From Mustelus asterias (lineage: Eukaryota), in the NCBI RefSeq assembly GCF_964213995.1, contig NC_135804.1, positions 67,580,001-67,644,000 of the forward strand: 64,000 nucleotides of DNA, in the 5' to 3' direction. The notes beneath the pieces are model-generated. The model was not told the DNA's origin. It searched no databases and worked only from the letters and a program-made list of their open reading frames with translations. The position numbers and the translations under genes are program-made. This document shows positions 1-11,700 of this stretch, one piece after another; position 1 is the first letter of the stretch, and every line of letters starts with the position of its first letter.

Positions 1-1068
1 GCTCAATTTCTGTCCTACCACAAAAATGTACCCCATCAGTCTCGCGGCGGACACAGAGGAATTCACCAGGCAAATGAGGCTCCAGTTCTTCCACAAACCC
101 CAAGAGGCCAACAGCAGACCCAATGAGACAGCCAATGAACCGGAACAGAGATCCACGGTGCAGCAACCGAAGAGGAAAGAATCGAATTGGACCCCTCCGG
201 AAGGCCACTGCCCTCAACTCGACAGGTATGCCCAAGCTGTCAGGAGATGTGTTGATATCAGATTCATCGGCCGCACTCACAAGACACCCCCAAATGTCAC
301 CCAAGTACAATGCAATGCCATCCGCACACTCAAGACCAACTGCAACATTGCCATCAAACCAGCAGACAAAGGAGGGGCCACTGTAGTACTGAACAGAATG
401 AATTACTGAAAAGAAGTGTACCAACAACTGAACAATCAGGGACACTACAGTTACCCACAGATCCGACCAAAGAACACACCTGCCAACTCAACAGGCTGAT
501 TAAGACCTTTGATCCGGACCTTCAGAGCACCCTCCCTGCTCTCATCCCACGTACTCCCCGCGTTGGAGATCTCTACTGCCTCCCGAAGATACACAAGGCC
601 AACACACTCGGCCGTCCCATCGTATCAGGCAATGGGACCCTGTGTGAGAACCTCTCTGCCTACGTCGAGGGCATTTTGAAACCCATCGTATAAGGAACCC
701 CCAGCTTCTGTCGCAACACTACGGACTTCTTGCAGAAACTCAGCACCCATGGAGCAGTTGAACCAGGAACATTCCTCGTCACAATGGATGTCTCAGCACT
801 CTACACCAGCATCCCCCATGACGACGGCATCGCTGCAACTGCCTCAGTACTCAATGCCGACAACTGCCAATCTCCAGATGCAATTCTACAACTCATCCAC
901 TTCATCCTGGACCACACGTCTTCACCTTCAACAACCAATTCTTCATCCAGTCACAGAACTGCCATGGGGACCAAATTCACACCTCAATATGCCAACACTC
1001 ACCTGATGAAGGAGCAGCACTACCAAATAAACCTATTGGACTTTAACCTGGTGTTGTGAGACTTCTTG
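1..1068 (+). mobile_element. Degraded Penelope-like element: N-terminal/RT fragment joined by internal deletion to the end of a pseudo-LTR
   Basis: ORFs 26-409, 310-693 and 730-1059 encode PLE RT motifs (KPADKGG, LPKIHK, MDVSALYTSIP, TAMGT) with stops and frameshifts. At ~997 the sequence jumps to ACTCACCTGATGAAGGAGCAGC...CCAAATAAACC...GGACTTTAACCTGG, matching the pLTR end of other copies here. Confidence 0.9.
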
Positions 1069-1244
1069 AACTGGACAGATGGGCAGAGAGGAAAATGATA
1101 TTCTACATGGTTTAGTATAGAGTATTTTGTGAGACGCAACAATATAAGGGAAGACACAATAAATATGAGGATACTTAAAAGTATGGAGGAGCAGAGAGAC
1201 GTTGGAATGGATGACCAGAGATCCTGACATTTTAGTCTTCATAG

Positions 1245-1572
1245 CATCATAGAATCATGGAACCATAACAGTGCAGAAGGAGGCCATTCATCTCATCCAG
1301 CATGCACCAGCAACAATCCCACCCAGGCCCTATCCCCTTAACCCCACATTGTTACCCTGCTAATCAAATCATCCAGACACTAAGGGACAATTTACCATGG
1401 TTAACCAACCTAATCCGCACATCTTTGGATTGTGGGAGGAAACCTAAGCACCCAGAGGAAACCCATACAGACATGGGGAGAATGTACAAACTCCACACAG
1501 ATAGTCACCCAAGGTCAGAATTGAACCCAGGTCCTGGTGTTGTGAGGTAGCAGTGCTGCTCACTGTACCATC
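1245..1572 (-). mobile_element. tRNA-derived V-type SINE (HE1-like)
   Basis: Reverse complement has a tRNA-like head, the V-domain GGGTTTCCTCTGGGTGCT and a CR1-like 3' tail; homologous to many other copies in the window. Confidence 0.8.
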
Positions 1573-2339
1573 CATAAACTTCTTTAAGGAAGGTTACATA
1601 GACCAGAATTGATTTTCTTGGAACAGAGGAGGCTGAAGGGAGATTTAATTGAGATATGTAAAACTGAGGGGCCTGTATAGATTTAATATGGAAAAGCTAT
1701 TTACCTGTGCAGCAGGGTTAAAAACTAGGGGCCTACATTTAAAGTAATGGGTAAAAAGATTCGATAAAAAAACATGTTTTCACACAGATGAAACTCATCT
1801 GCTGAAAGAGCCACTACATTTTAAAATCTTTTTGGATATCAGTAAGATAGAGGACTATGGACCGAAGGCAGGAATGTGGCATCAGGCTGGGTCGCTCTTC
1901 CTCAATTGTCAAGGACACAATGAACTAAATGGCCTCCGACTGTGCTGTAACTCTTCTGACTTGTATAACAGGGAGTGACCAGTGTTGGATGAATGGACAG
2001 AAGAAATTAAAGACCAATATTTATACACTGCCTCAGAACTGAAGTTGTCCCAAAGTGCTTTAGAGGCAATTAATGACTTTGAGGAGTATTAACTGTTTCA
2101 ATATTGGAAAATTGCAGCCATTTTGCACACAGCAATGTCCAAATGTGGAAAATGGAATGGAATGTGGAGGAGTGGGAGGACTGGGAATCTTGAACAAATT
2201 TAAAGTACTAACACTCTCTGGGGATGTTGAGTGTTTGAATAGGATGATTAAATGTCACCAAAACTAAATGAAGGTCCCAAAAGGTGAGACTATCAAATCA
2301 GTAAGAATGCCATCATAGTGGGAGACTTGATAATGAGTT

Positions 2340-2682
2340 GGACACATTGGTTAGCTATGCTGCCTCACAGCACCAGGGAACCAGTTTCGATCCGACCTTG
2401 GATGACTGTCTTTGTGGAGTTTGCACGTTCTCCCCGTGTCTGCATGCTTTTCCTCCGGGTGCTCCGGTTTCTGTCTGCAATCCAAAGATGTGCAGGATAG
2501 GTGGATTGGGCATGCTAAATTGCTCCTTAGTGTCCAAAGATAAGGTTAGGTAGATTAGCCATGGTAAATGCATGGGGTTACAGGGATAGGGACGGGATGA
2601 GTTGGGGGACTGGGGTGGGATGCTGCTTTGGCGATTGGAAGCCTTGAGGGGTGTGGGGGAGCTAGGGATTCTATGGTTCTAT
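2340..2682 (+). mobile_element. V-type SINE (HE1-like)
   Basis: TGGTTAGC..TGCTGCCTCACAGC head and CCTCCGGGTGCTCCGGTTTC V-domain. Confidence 0.8.
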
Positions 2683-3141
2683 CTTCTGCAGTCCAGACCT
2701 ACATTCCACAGTAATCTAGTCCCCGTTTAGTGCTAGATTAGAGGATATTTTGAAGGAAAAAAGAACAGGAAATATTAAGTAAAGGATGAGAGCAATCTGT
2801 CATCTTGATATAAATGGGAGGGGAAAGTGTGGGCCCTGGACCCTCTCAAAAGGAATATCTAAGATTAGGAAGCAGGCAAAGTACTGAAAGTGTAGTAATT
2901 TCTAGAATACTTTCCCTGCGAGGTACTAGGAAAGGAAAGTTAGGAGAGAAGCAATGATGAAGGGAAGGGTGAGAGTGGGCTCCTTCCTGAAAATGCAGGA
3001 GAAAGCCTAAAATTTGGAGAAAGAGTTTCTTATATCAGAGTAGATTGAATTTTGCACTTTGGAAATGGTTATTTTGGCCTTTATTGCAAAAGGTTTTGAA
3101 TATAGGAATAAATATGTCTTACTGCAATTATATAGAGCCTT

Positions 3142-3368
3142 GTGGGGGTTGGATAACTCAGTTGGCTGGATGGCTGGTTCCTGAGGCAGAGCAACGCCAA
3201 CAGTACAGGGTGAATTGCCGTACCAGCTGAGGTCAATGATGAAAGCCCTGCCTTCTCAACCTTGTCCCTCGCCTGAGGTACGGTGATCCTCAAGTTAAAT
3301 TACCACCAGTCAGCTCTCCCTCTCAAAGGGAGGAGCAGTTTATGGTCACCTGGGACTATGGTGACTTT
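3142..3368 (+). mobile_element. tRNA-derived SINE of a different family
   Basis: A-box-like TAACTCAGTTGG head, ~225 bp, inserted in a decayed CR1 fragment. Confidence 0.45.
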
Positions 3369-3445
3369 CCTTTATATAGAACCTTGGTGAGACCGACCTG
3401 GAGTATTGTGTGCCAAAGGAAATATAAATTTGTCATGATGGGAGT

Positions 3446-4292
3446 AAGAACATAAGAACATAAGAAATAGGAGCAGGAGTAGACCATCTCGCCCCTCGAG
3501 CCTGCCCTGCCATTCAGTAAGATCATGGCTGATCTGAAGTGAATCAGTTCCACTTACCCGCCCGTTCCCCATAACCCTTAATTCCCCTACCGATCAGAAA
3601 TCCATCTATCCGTGACTTAAACATATTCAACGAGGTAGCCTCCACCACTTCAGTGGGCAGAGAATTCCAGAGATTCACCACCCTCTGAGAGAAGAAGTTC
3701 CTCCTCAACTCTGTCCTAAACTGACCCCCCTTTATTTTGAGGCTGTGCCCTCTAGTTCTGATTTCCTGTCTAAGTCATTATCTTATATGCCTCTATAAGA
3801 TCACCCCTCAGCCTTCTAAACTCCAACGAGTACAAACCTAATCTGCTCAATCTCTCCTCATAATCTATACCCCTCATCTCCGGTATCAACCTGGTGAACC
3901 TTCTCCGTACTCCCTCCAAGGCCAATATATCCTTTCGCAAGTAAGGGGACCAAAACTGCACACAGTATTCCAGCTGCGGCCTCACCAATGCCTTGTACAG
4001 ATGCAGCAAGACTTCTCTGCTTTTATATTCTATCCCCCTCGCGATAAATGCCAACATCCCATTTGCCTTCTTGATCACCTGTCGTACTTGCAGACTGAGT
4101 TTTTGCGACTCATGCACAAGGACCCCCAGGTCCCTTTGCACAGGAGCATGTTGTAATTTTATTCCATTTAAATAATAATCCAATTTGTTATTATTTCTTC
4201 CAAAGTGAATTACCTCGCATTTGCCAACGTTATACTCCATCTGCCAGATCCTCGTCCACTCACTCAACCTTTTCAAATCTCTCTGCAGACCT
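3446..4292 (-). mobile_element. CR1 LINE, 5'-truncated 3' fragment
   Basis: ORF 3770-4330 encodes the CR1 ORF2 C-terminus (WQMEYNVGKCEVIHFG, LVRPQLEYCVQFWSP, RRLRGDLI); (ATGTTCTT)n tail at 3446-3465. Confidence 0.92.
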
Positions 4293-4294
4293 TC

Positions 4295-6651
4295 CGCTTG
4301 TGGATAGGCCGACAAGAGGTGAGGCCACATTGGATTTGGTACTGGGAAATGAACCGGGCCAAGTGGTAGATTTGGTTGTGGGAGAGCACTTTGGAGATAG
4401 TGACCACAATTCGGTGTCTTTTGTTACTGCAATGGAGAGGGATAGGGCCGTACGGCAGGGCAAGGTTTACAATTGGGGGAGAGGTAATTATGATGCAATT
4501 AGGCACGAATTAGGGGGCATAAGATGGGAACAGAAACTGTCAGGGAAAGGCACTAATGAAAAGTGGAACTTTTTCAAGGAACAAATACTGGGTGTCCTTG
4601 ATAGGTATGTCCCTGTCAGGCATGGAGGAAATGGCCGAGTGAGGGAACCATGGTTCACGAAAGAGGTGGAATGTCTTGTGAAAAGGAAGAGGGAAGCTTA
4701 TGTAGGGATGAGGAAACAAGGTTCAGATGGCTCATTTGAGGGTTACAAGTTAGCAAGGCATGAGCTGAAAAAGGGGCTTCGGAGAGCTAGGAGGGGACAT
4801 GAGAAGTCCTTGGCAGGTCGGATCAAGGAAAACCCCAAGGCTTTTTACTCTTATGTGAGGAATAAAAGAATGACCAGGGTGAGGTTCGGGCCGGTCAAGG
4901 ACAGTACTGGGGAACTTGTGTATGGAGTCAGTAGAGATAGGCGAGGTGATGAATGAATACTTTTCTTCAGTGTTCACCAAGGAGAGGGGCCATGTTTTTG
5001 AGGAAGAGAAGGTGTTACAGGCTCATAGGCTGGAGGAAATAGTTGTTCGGAGGGAGGATGTCCTGGCAGTTTTGAATAAACTGAAGGTCGATAAGTCCCC
5101 TGGGCCTGATGAAATATATCCTAGGATTCTTTGGGAGGCAAGGGATGAGATTGCAGAGCCTTTGGCTTTGACCTTTGGGTCCTCACTGTCCACGGGGATG
5201 GTGCCAGAGGACTGGAGAGTGGCAAATGTTGTTCCTCTGTTTAAGAAAGGGAATAGAAATGACCCTGATAATTATAGACCGGTTAGTCTTACTTCGGTGG
5301 TTGGTAAATTGATGGAAAAGGTCCTTAGGGATGGGATTTACGACCATAGAGAAATATGCGGATTAATCCGGGATAGTCAGCACGGATTCGTGAAGGGCAA
5401 GTCGTGCCTCACAAATTTGATTGAATTTTTTGAGGAGGTAACTAAGTGTGTTGATGAAGGTAGGGCAGTTGATGTCATATACATGGATTTTAGTAAGGCG
5501 TTTGATAAGGTCCCCCATGGTCGGCTTATGATGAAAGTAAGGAGGTGTGGGATAGAGGAAAAGTTGGCCGATTGGTTAGGTAACTGGCTATCTGATCGAA
5601 GACAGAGGGTGGTGGTGGATGGAAAATTTTCGGACTGGAGGCAGGTTGCTAGCAGAGTGCCACAGGGATCAGTGCTTGATCCTCTGCTCTTTGTGATTTT
5701 TATTAATGACTTAGAGGAGGGGGCTGAAGGGTGGATCAGTAAATTTGCTGATGACACCAAGATTGGTGGAGTAGTGGATGAGGTGGAGGGCTGTTGTAGG
5801 CTGCAAAGAGACATAGATAGGATGCAAAGCTGGGCTGGAAAATGGCAAATGGAGTTTAACCCTGATAAATGTGAGGTGATTCATTTTGGTAGGACTAATT
5901 TAAATGTGGATTACAGGGTCAAAGGTAGGGTTCTGAAGACTGTGGCGGAACAGAGAGATCTTGGGGTCCATATCCACAGATCTCTGAAGGTTGCCACTCA
6001 AGTGGATAGAGCTGTGAAGAAGGCCTATGGTGTGTGAGCTTTTATTAACAGGGGATTGGAGTTTAAGAGCCGTGGGGTTATGCTGCAACTGTACAGGACC
6101 TTGGTGAGACCACATTTGGAATATTGTGTGCAGTTCTGGTCACCTCACTATTAGAAGGACGTGGAAGCGCTGGAAAGAGTGCAGAGGAGATTTACCAGGA
6201 TGCTGCCTGGTTTGGAGGGTAGGTCTTATGAGGAAAGGTTGAGGGAGCGAGGGCTGTTCTCTCTGGAGTGGAGGAGGCTGAGGGAAGACTTAATAGAGGT
6301 TTATAAAATGATGAAGGGGATAGATAGAGTGAAGGTTCAAAGATGATTTCCTCGGGTGGATGGAGCTATCACAAGGGGGCATAACTATAGGGTTCATGGT
6401 GGGAGATATAGGAAGGATATCAGAGGTAGGTTCTTTACGCAGAGAGTGGTTGGGGTGTGGAATGGACTGCCTGCAGTGATAGTGGAGTCAGGCACTTTAG
6501 GAACATTTAAGCGGTTATTGAATAGGCACATGGAGCACACCAGGATGATAGGGAGTGGGATAGCTTGATCTTGATTTCAGATAAAGCTCGGCACAACATT
6601 GTGGGCCGAAGGGCCTGTTCAGTGCTGTACTGTTCTACGTTCTATGTTCTA
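4295..6651 (+). mobile_element. CR1 LINE, 5'-truncated (end of APE endonuclease plus RT), frameshifted
   Basis: ORFs 4300-4956 (PTRGEATLDLV, SDHN), 4916-6037 (KSPGPD, NYRPVSLTS, DFSKAFDKV, FADD) and downstream fragments; (ATGTTCT)n tail at ~6630-6651. Confidence 0.95.
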
Positions 6652-6889
6652 AATGCCTGTATATCCTGTCTCTCACAATATTTTCTAACATTTAACCCAT
6701 TACAGATGTTAGGCTCACTGGACTGTAGTTCACAGGTTTTTCCATGCAGTCCTTCTTAAACAAAGGCACAACATTTGCCACCCTCCATTCTTCAGGCACC
6801 TCAGCTGTGACTGTCGATGATTCAAATATCTCTGTAAAAAGTTTAACAACACCAGGTTAAAGTCCAACAGGTTTATTTGGTAGCAAAAG

Positions 6890-6935
6890 CCACACAAGCT
6901 TTCGAGGCTCTAAGCCCCTTCTTCAGGTGAGTGGG
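6890..6935 (-). ncRNA. Minimal hammerhead ribozyme (inverted pLTR copy)
   Basis: Reverse complement reads CCCACTCAC CTGAAGA A GGGGCT TAG AGCCTC GAAA GCTT GTGTGG. Confidence 0.72.
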
Positions 6936-7078
6936 AATTCTGTTCACAAACAGAACTTATAAAGACACAGACTCAATTTACATGAATAATGGTTGGAATG
7001 CGAATACTTACAACTAATCCAGTCTTTAAGAAACAAAACAATGGGAGTGGAGAGAGCACCAAGACAGGCTAAAAAGAT

Positions 7079-8659
7079 GTGTATTGTCTCCCGAAGATAC
7101 ACAAGGCAAACACACCCGGCCGTCCCATCGTATCGGGCAATGGGACCCTGTGCGAGAACCTCTCCGGCTATGTCGAGGGCATCCTGAAACCCATTGTACA
7201 AAGAACCCCCAGCTTTTGTCGCGACACGACGGACTTCCTACAGAAACTCGGCACACATGGAGCAGTTGAACCAGGAGCGCTCCTCGTCACAATGGATGTC
7301 TCAGCACTCTATACCAGCATCCCCCATGACGATGGCATTGCTGCAACGGCCTCAGTGCTCAGCGCCAACAACTGCCAGTTTCCAGATGCAATTTTACATC
7401 TCATCCGCTTCATCCTGGACCACAATATCTTCACCTTCAACAACCAGTTCTTCATCCAGACACACGGAACAGCCATGGGGACCAAGTTTGCACCTCAATA
7501 TGCCAACATCTTCATGCACAGGTTCGAACAAGACTTCTTCACCGCACGGGACCTTCAACCGATGCTATACACTAGATACATCGATGACATTTTCTTCCTT
7601 TGGACGCATGGTGAACAATCACTGAAACAACTCTATGATGACATCAACAAGTTCCATCCCACCATCAGGCTCACCATAGACTACTCTCCGGAATCGGTTG
7701 CATTCTTGGACACGCGCATCTCCATTAAGGACGGTCACCTCAGCACCTCACTGTACCGCAAGCCCACGGATAACCTCACGATGCTCCACTTCTCCAGCTT
7801 CCACCCTAAACACGTTAAAGAAGCCATCCCCTACGGACAAGCCCTCCGTATACACAGGATCTGCTCGGATGAGGAGGATCGCAACAGACACCTCCAGACG
7901 CTGAAAGATGCCCTCATAAGAACAGGATATGGCGCTAGACTCATTGATCAACAGTTCCAACGTGCCACAGCGAAAAACCGCACCGACCTCCTCAGAAGAC
8001 AAACACGGAACACAGTGGACAGAGTACCCTTCATTGTCCAGTACTTCCCCGGAGCGGAGAAGCTACGGCATCTCCTCCGGAGCCTTCAACATGTCATTGA
8101 TGAAGACGAACATCTCGCCAAGGCCATCCCCACACCCCCACTTCTTGCCTTCAAACAACCGCACAACCTCAAACAGACCATTGTCCGCAGCAAACTACCC
8201 AGCCTTCAGGAGAACAGTGACCAAGACACCACACAACCCTGCCACAGCAACCTCTGCAAGACGTGCCGGATCATCGACACAGATGCCATCATCTCACGTG
8301 AGAACACCATCCACCAGGTACACGGTACATACTCTTGCAACTCGGCCAACGTTGTCTACCTGATACGCTGCAAGAAAGGATGTCCCGAGGCATGGTACAT
8401 TGGGGTAACTATGCAGACGCTGCGACAACGGATGAATGAACACCGCTCGACAATCACCAGGCAAGACTGTTCTCTTCCTGTTGGGGAGCACTTCAGCGGT
8501 CACGGGCATTCGGCCTCTGATATTCGGGTAAGCGTTCTCCAAGGCGGCCTTCGTGACACACGACAACGCAGAGTCGCTGAGCAGAAACTGATAGCCAAGT
8601 TCCGCACACACAAGGACGGCCTCAACCGGGATATTGGGTTCATGTCACACTATTTGTAA
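7079..8659 (+). CDS. PLE RT plus GIY-YIG endonuclease (5'-truncated but open; the first few codons come from the inverted pLTR)
   Basis: RT motifs GTAMG and RYIDD; Zn-finger-like linker CHSNLCKTC; GIY-YIG motifs VVYLIRC..WYIG..RMNEH..E..GLN. Confidence 0.85.
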   Translation: MYCLPKIHKANTPGRPIVSGNGTLCENLSGYVEGILKPIVQRTPSFCRDTTDFLQKLGTHGAVEPGALLVTMDVSALYTSIPHDDGIAATASVLSANNCQFPDAILHLIRFILDHNIFTFNNQFFIQTHGTAMGTKFAPQYANIFMHRFEQDFFTARDLQPMLYTRYIDDIFFLWTHGEQSLKQLYDDINKFHPTIRLTIDYSPESVAFLDTRISIKDGHLSTSLYRKPTDNLTMLHFSSFHPKHVKEAIPYGQALRIHRICSDEEDRNRHLQTLKDALIRTGYGARLIDQQFQRATAKNRTDLLRRQTRNTVDRVPFIVQYFPGAEKLRHLLRSLQHVIDEDEHLAKAIPTPPLLAFKQPHNLKQTIVRSKLPSLQENSDQDTTQPCHSNLCKTCRIIDTDAIISRENTIHQVHGTYSCNSANVVYLIRCKKGCPEAWYIGVTMQTLRQRMNEHRSTITRQDCSLPVGEHFSGHGHSASDIRVSVLQGGLRDTRQRRVAEQKLIAKFRTHKDGLNRDIGFMSHYL

Positions 8660-8862
8660 CTCCCACAGTTGCGTGGACCTGCAGAGTTTCACTGGCTGTC
8701 TTGTCTGGAGACAATACACATCTTTTTAGCCTGTCTTGGTGCTCTCTCCACTCCCATTGTTTTGTTTCTTAAAGACTGGATTAGTTGTAAGTATTCGCAT
8801 TCCAACCATTATTCATGTAAATTGAGTCTGTGTCTTTATAAGTTCTGTTTGTGAACAGAATT

Positions 8863-8908
8863 CCCACTCACCTGAAGAAGGGGTTTAGAGCCTCGAAAGC
8901 TTGTGTGG
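8863..8908 (+). ncRNA. Minimal type I hammerhead ribozyme in PLE pLTR
   Basis: CAC-CTGAAGA-A-GGGGTT(TAG)AGCCTC-GAAA-GC-TT-GTG: conserved core, 6-bp helix II, palindromic AGCT in place of helix III. AATAAA at 8921. Confidence 0.75.
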
Positions 8909-9000
8909 CTTTTGCTACCAAATAAACCTGTTGGATTTTAACCTGGTGTTGTTAAACTTTTTACTGTGTTTACCCCAGTCCAACGCCGGCATCTCCACAT

Positions 9001-9890
9001 CAAATATCTCTGCCAGGGCACCCGCAATTTCCTCCCTAACCTCTCACAACGTCCTGAAATGCACTTCATCAGGTCCCGGGGATTTATCTTCCTTGATGCA
9101 CTTTAAGACTTCCAGCACCTCTGTCTCTGTAACATGTTTTCTCCTCAAGATGTCGCTATTTATTTCCCCAAATTCCCTAACATCCATATGTTTCTGAACA
9201 GTAAATACTGATCAGAAATATTCATCTCGAATCCCATCCATCTCTTGTGGATCCACACACAGATGATCTTGTTGATCCTTAAGAGGTTGTATTCTTTCCC
9301 TTGTTACTCTTTTGCCCTTTATGTATTTGTAGAAGCTTTTTGGATTCTTGCTTTCTCTGCCAAAGCAATCTCATGTCCTCTTTTTGCCCACCTGATTTCT
9401 CTCTTAACTCGACTCCAACACCCTCTATTCTCTTCAAGGGATGCACTTGATCCCAGCTGCCTATGCATGCCATATGCCTCCTCCTCCTTTTTGACCAGGG
9501 CCTCAATGTCCCAAGTCATCCAGGATTCCCTACTTCTACCAGCCTTGCCCTTCACTCTAAGAGGAATGTTTTTACCCTGAACCAACACAATTTTGAAAGC
9601 CTCCCACTTACCAGACGTCTCTTTGCCTGCCCAATCAACTTTTGAAAGTTCCTGTCTGATACCATCAAAATTAGCCTTCTCCCACTTTAGAATTTTAACT
9701 TTTGGGCCAAACCTATCATTCTCCATAGCTATCTTAAAGTAAATGGAAATATCCATATCCAAATCAGAAATACCTCCTCTCTGTACTGCCGTGATGTTAT
9801 CCCTAATCAAAAACGCAACTCCCCCTTGTCTCTTACCCCCTGTTCTATCTTTCCTCTCGCATCTGTACCCTGGAACATTGAGTTGCCTGG
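9001..9890 (-). mobile_element. Degraded CR1 ORF2 fragment (continues at 6740-6834, split by the PLE)
   Basis: ORF 9319-9810 (IRDNITAVQR, WEKANFDGIRQEL, KRGHEIALA) is homologous to the other CR1 ORF2s. Confidence 0.85.
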
Positions 9891-9893
9891 CCT

Positions 9894-10067
9894 CATAGAA
9901 TCATAGAAACCCTGTAGTGCAGAAAGAGGCCATTTGGCCCATCGAGTCTGCACCGACCACAATTCCACCCAGGCCCTACCCCCATATCCCTACATATTTA
10001 CCCGCTAATCCCTCTAACCTACGCACCCCAGGACACTAAGGGGCAATTTTAGCATGGCCAATCAACC
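9894..10067 (-). mobile_element. V-type SINE 3' fragment
   Basis: Matches the 3' half of the copies at 13873 and 48103. Confidence 0.75.
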
Positions 10068-10378
10068 CGTCAGCCTCCTTGCATTGCAATAAATGCAGTT
10101 TAATCTAGACTTCCCTTGTTTGTTTGTTATGTTGCTGAAATTTAATTCTTTGGCAGGTTTAGGCTTTATAGTGAGCTCAGAACTCTCAGAAAATCTGTCA
10201 AAATCGGACAGGGAAATCAAATAAATGCTGTTTATTGTCGTTTGACTGAGATTTAATTGGATTCTCTGTGGAAGAAGTGACTCGGGGCAGGGATAGCATG
10301 TGGGGACCTAAATACTGATGGGATTGGATCCAACACCAGCTCTGGTCTCTCACTCTCCCCAGTGTTACTGATCTGCTG

Positions 10379-10615
10379 TTTTTACTCAAAACATTTAATT
10401 AAATATAAATTTATACTGACATAAACCTTAGAAATGGAGCTCCTGGAAAAACCATCTGTCCTTTTCTGTCTTGTACTTTCCCTTAAACTTTACTTTGGCT
10501 TCCCGCCTAGTTTTGCGTTTCCAAGCAGGGTCCTTAAAAACATCCTTGTTCACAATGGTCTTATCTAGGTAAATGCCAACCGAGTATCTGGTTGGCATCG
10601 GGTGGTTGTAGTTTG
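10379..10615 (-). pseudogene. RPL27: Processed pseudogene fragment of 60S ribosomal protein L27 (C-terminal part plus 3' UTR)
   Basis: Minus frame [61 protein letters not shown] matches the eL27 C-terminus (NYNHLMPTRYSVDI..DKTVVNKDVF..KWFFQKLRF). Intronless; ATTAAA and a short A-run follow the stop. Confidence 0.9.
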
Positions 10616-10705
10616 CGGCTGATCCAATCCCAGCAGTTGCGAGAGAATGAGATTTAAAATTAACCAAATTACAATGATTTTTCCGACAATAATAAAATTG
10701 TACCG

Positions 10706-10900
10706 GCTGTGGGCGTACAATTTTGTCTTTTAAAAAAGCATTTCGATAGTTACATGGGTAGGATGGGTATAGAGGGATATGGGCCAAATGCGGGCAATTG
10801 GGATTAGCTTAGGGGTTTTTAAAAAAATGGGCGGCATGGACAAATTGGGCCGAAGGGCCTGTTGCCATGCTGTAAACCTCTATGACTCTGTGACTCTATA
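10706..10900 (+). mobile_element. CR1 3'-end fragment
   Basis: GGGCCGAAGGGCCTGTT..ATGCTGT and CTATGACT-type tail. Confidence 0.7.
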
Positions 10901-11364
10901 ATGGACTATTCGTGGAATTAGAGATTTGGCTCAATCTGAAGCAGTTGGTCATTGAACAGCCGGATCCTCAACATCACTGATCACATTCGTAATTTTCACA
11001 TTTCTGATAAAGGATCGTTACTTCGGTGCGTGACAAGGTCCAATGACCCACAGGTGTCTATCAAAAATAATTGGAATAGATTGTTAGCCTCCTGCCGGGA
11101 CATCAAACTCCCATTGCAGATTGAGAGCCCATTACAACAATCAGAAGATGTTAATTTCTCTTTCCTGCACCCAGAAGTGAATCAGCTTTGTTGTTCCCAG
11201 TGTGAGCGACATCAACACCACTCATTAACATAATGGCAGGAAACACCATTACCTTGGCAACGGTGTACATCATCAAAACAAATCAAGGGAACATTACCAA
11301 AAACGGTCAAACACACAAAGTGGAATGGAAGAGTGGGGTTAATCAGGAAGGAGCTGTGATGAAG

Positions 11365-11700
11365 CAGCACAGTGGTTAGCACTGCTGCCTCACAGCTCCC
11401 AGAAACCTGGGTTCGATTCCTGGCTCAGGTTGCTGTCAGCGCGGAGTTTGCACATTCTCCCTGTGTCTGCGTGGGTTTCTTCCGGGTGCTCTGGTTTCCT
11501 CCCACAGTCCAAAGATGTGCAGGTTAGGTGCATTGGCCATGCTAAATTGCCCCTTAGTGTCCTGGGATGCGTAGGTTAAAGGGATTAGCAGATAAATATG
11601 TGGGCTTACGGGGATCAGGGCTGGGTGGGATTGTTGTCGGTGTAGACTCGGTGGGCCGGATGGCCTCCTTCTGCACTGTCGTGTTTCTATGGTTTCTATG
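11365..11700 (+). mobile_element. V-type SINE, full length, with probable ATGAAGCA TSD
   Basis: Complete head, V-domain and tail; ATGAAGCA at both flanks. Confidence 0.85.

Larger units (their letters stand above)
6835..9000 (+). mobile_element. Penelope-like element, 5'-truncated, with inverted 5' pLTR and 13-bp target-site duplication (TSD)
   Basis: 6835-7090 is the reverse complement of the 3' pLTR (~8708-8963). TSD TCAAATATCTCTG at 6822-6834 and 9000-9012. Inserted in a minus-strand CR1. Confidence 0.95.
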
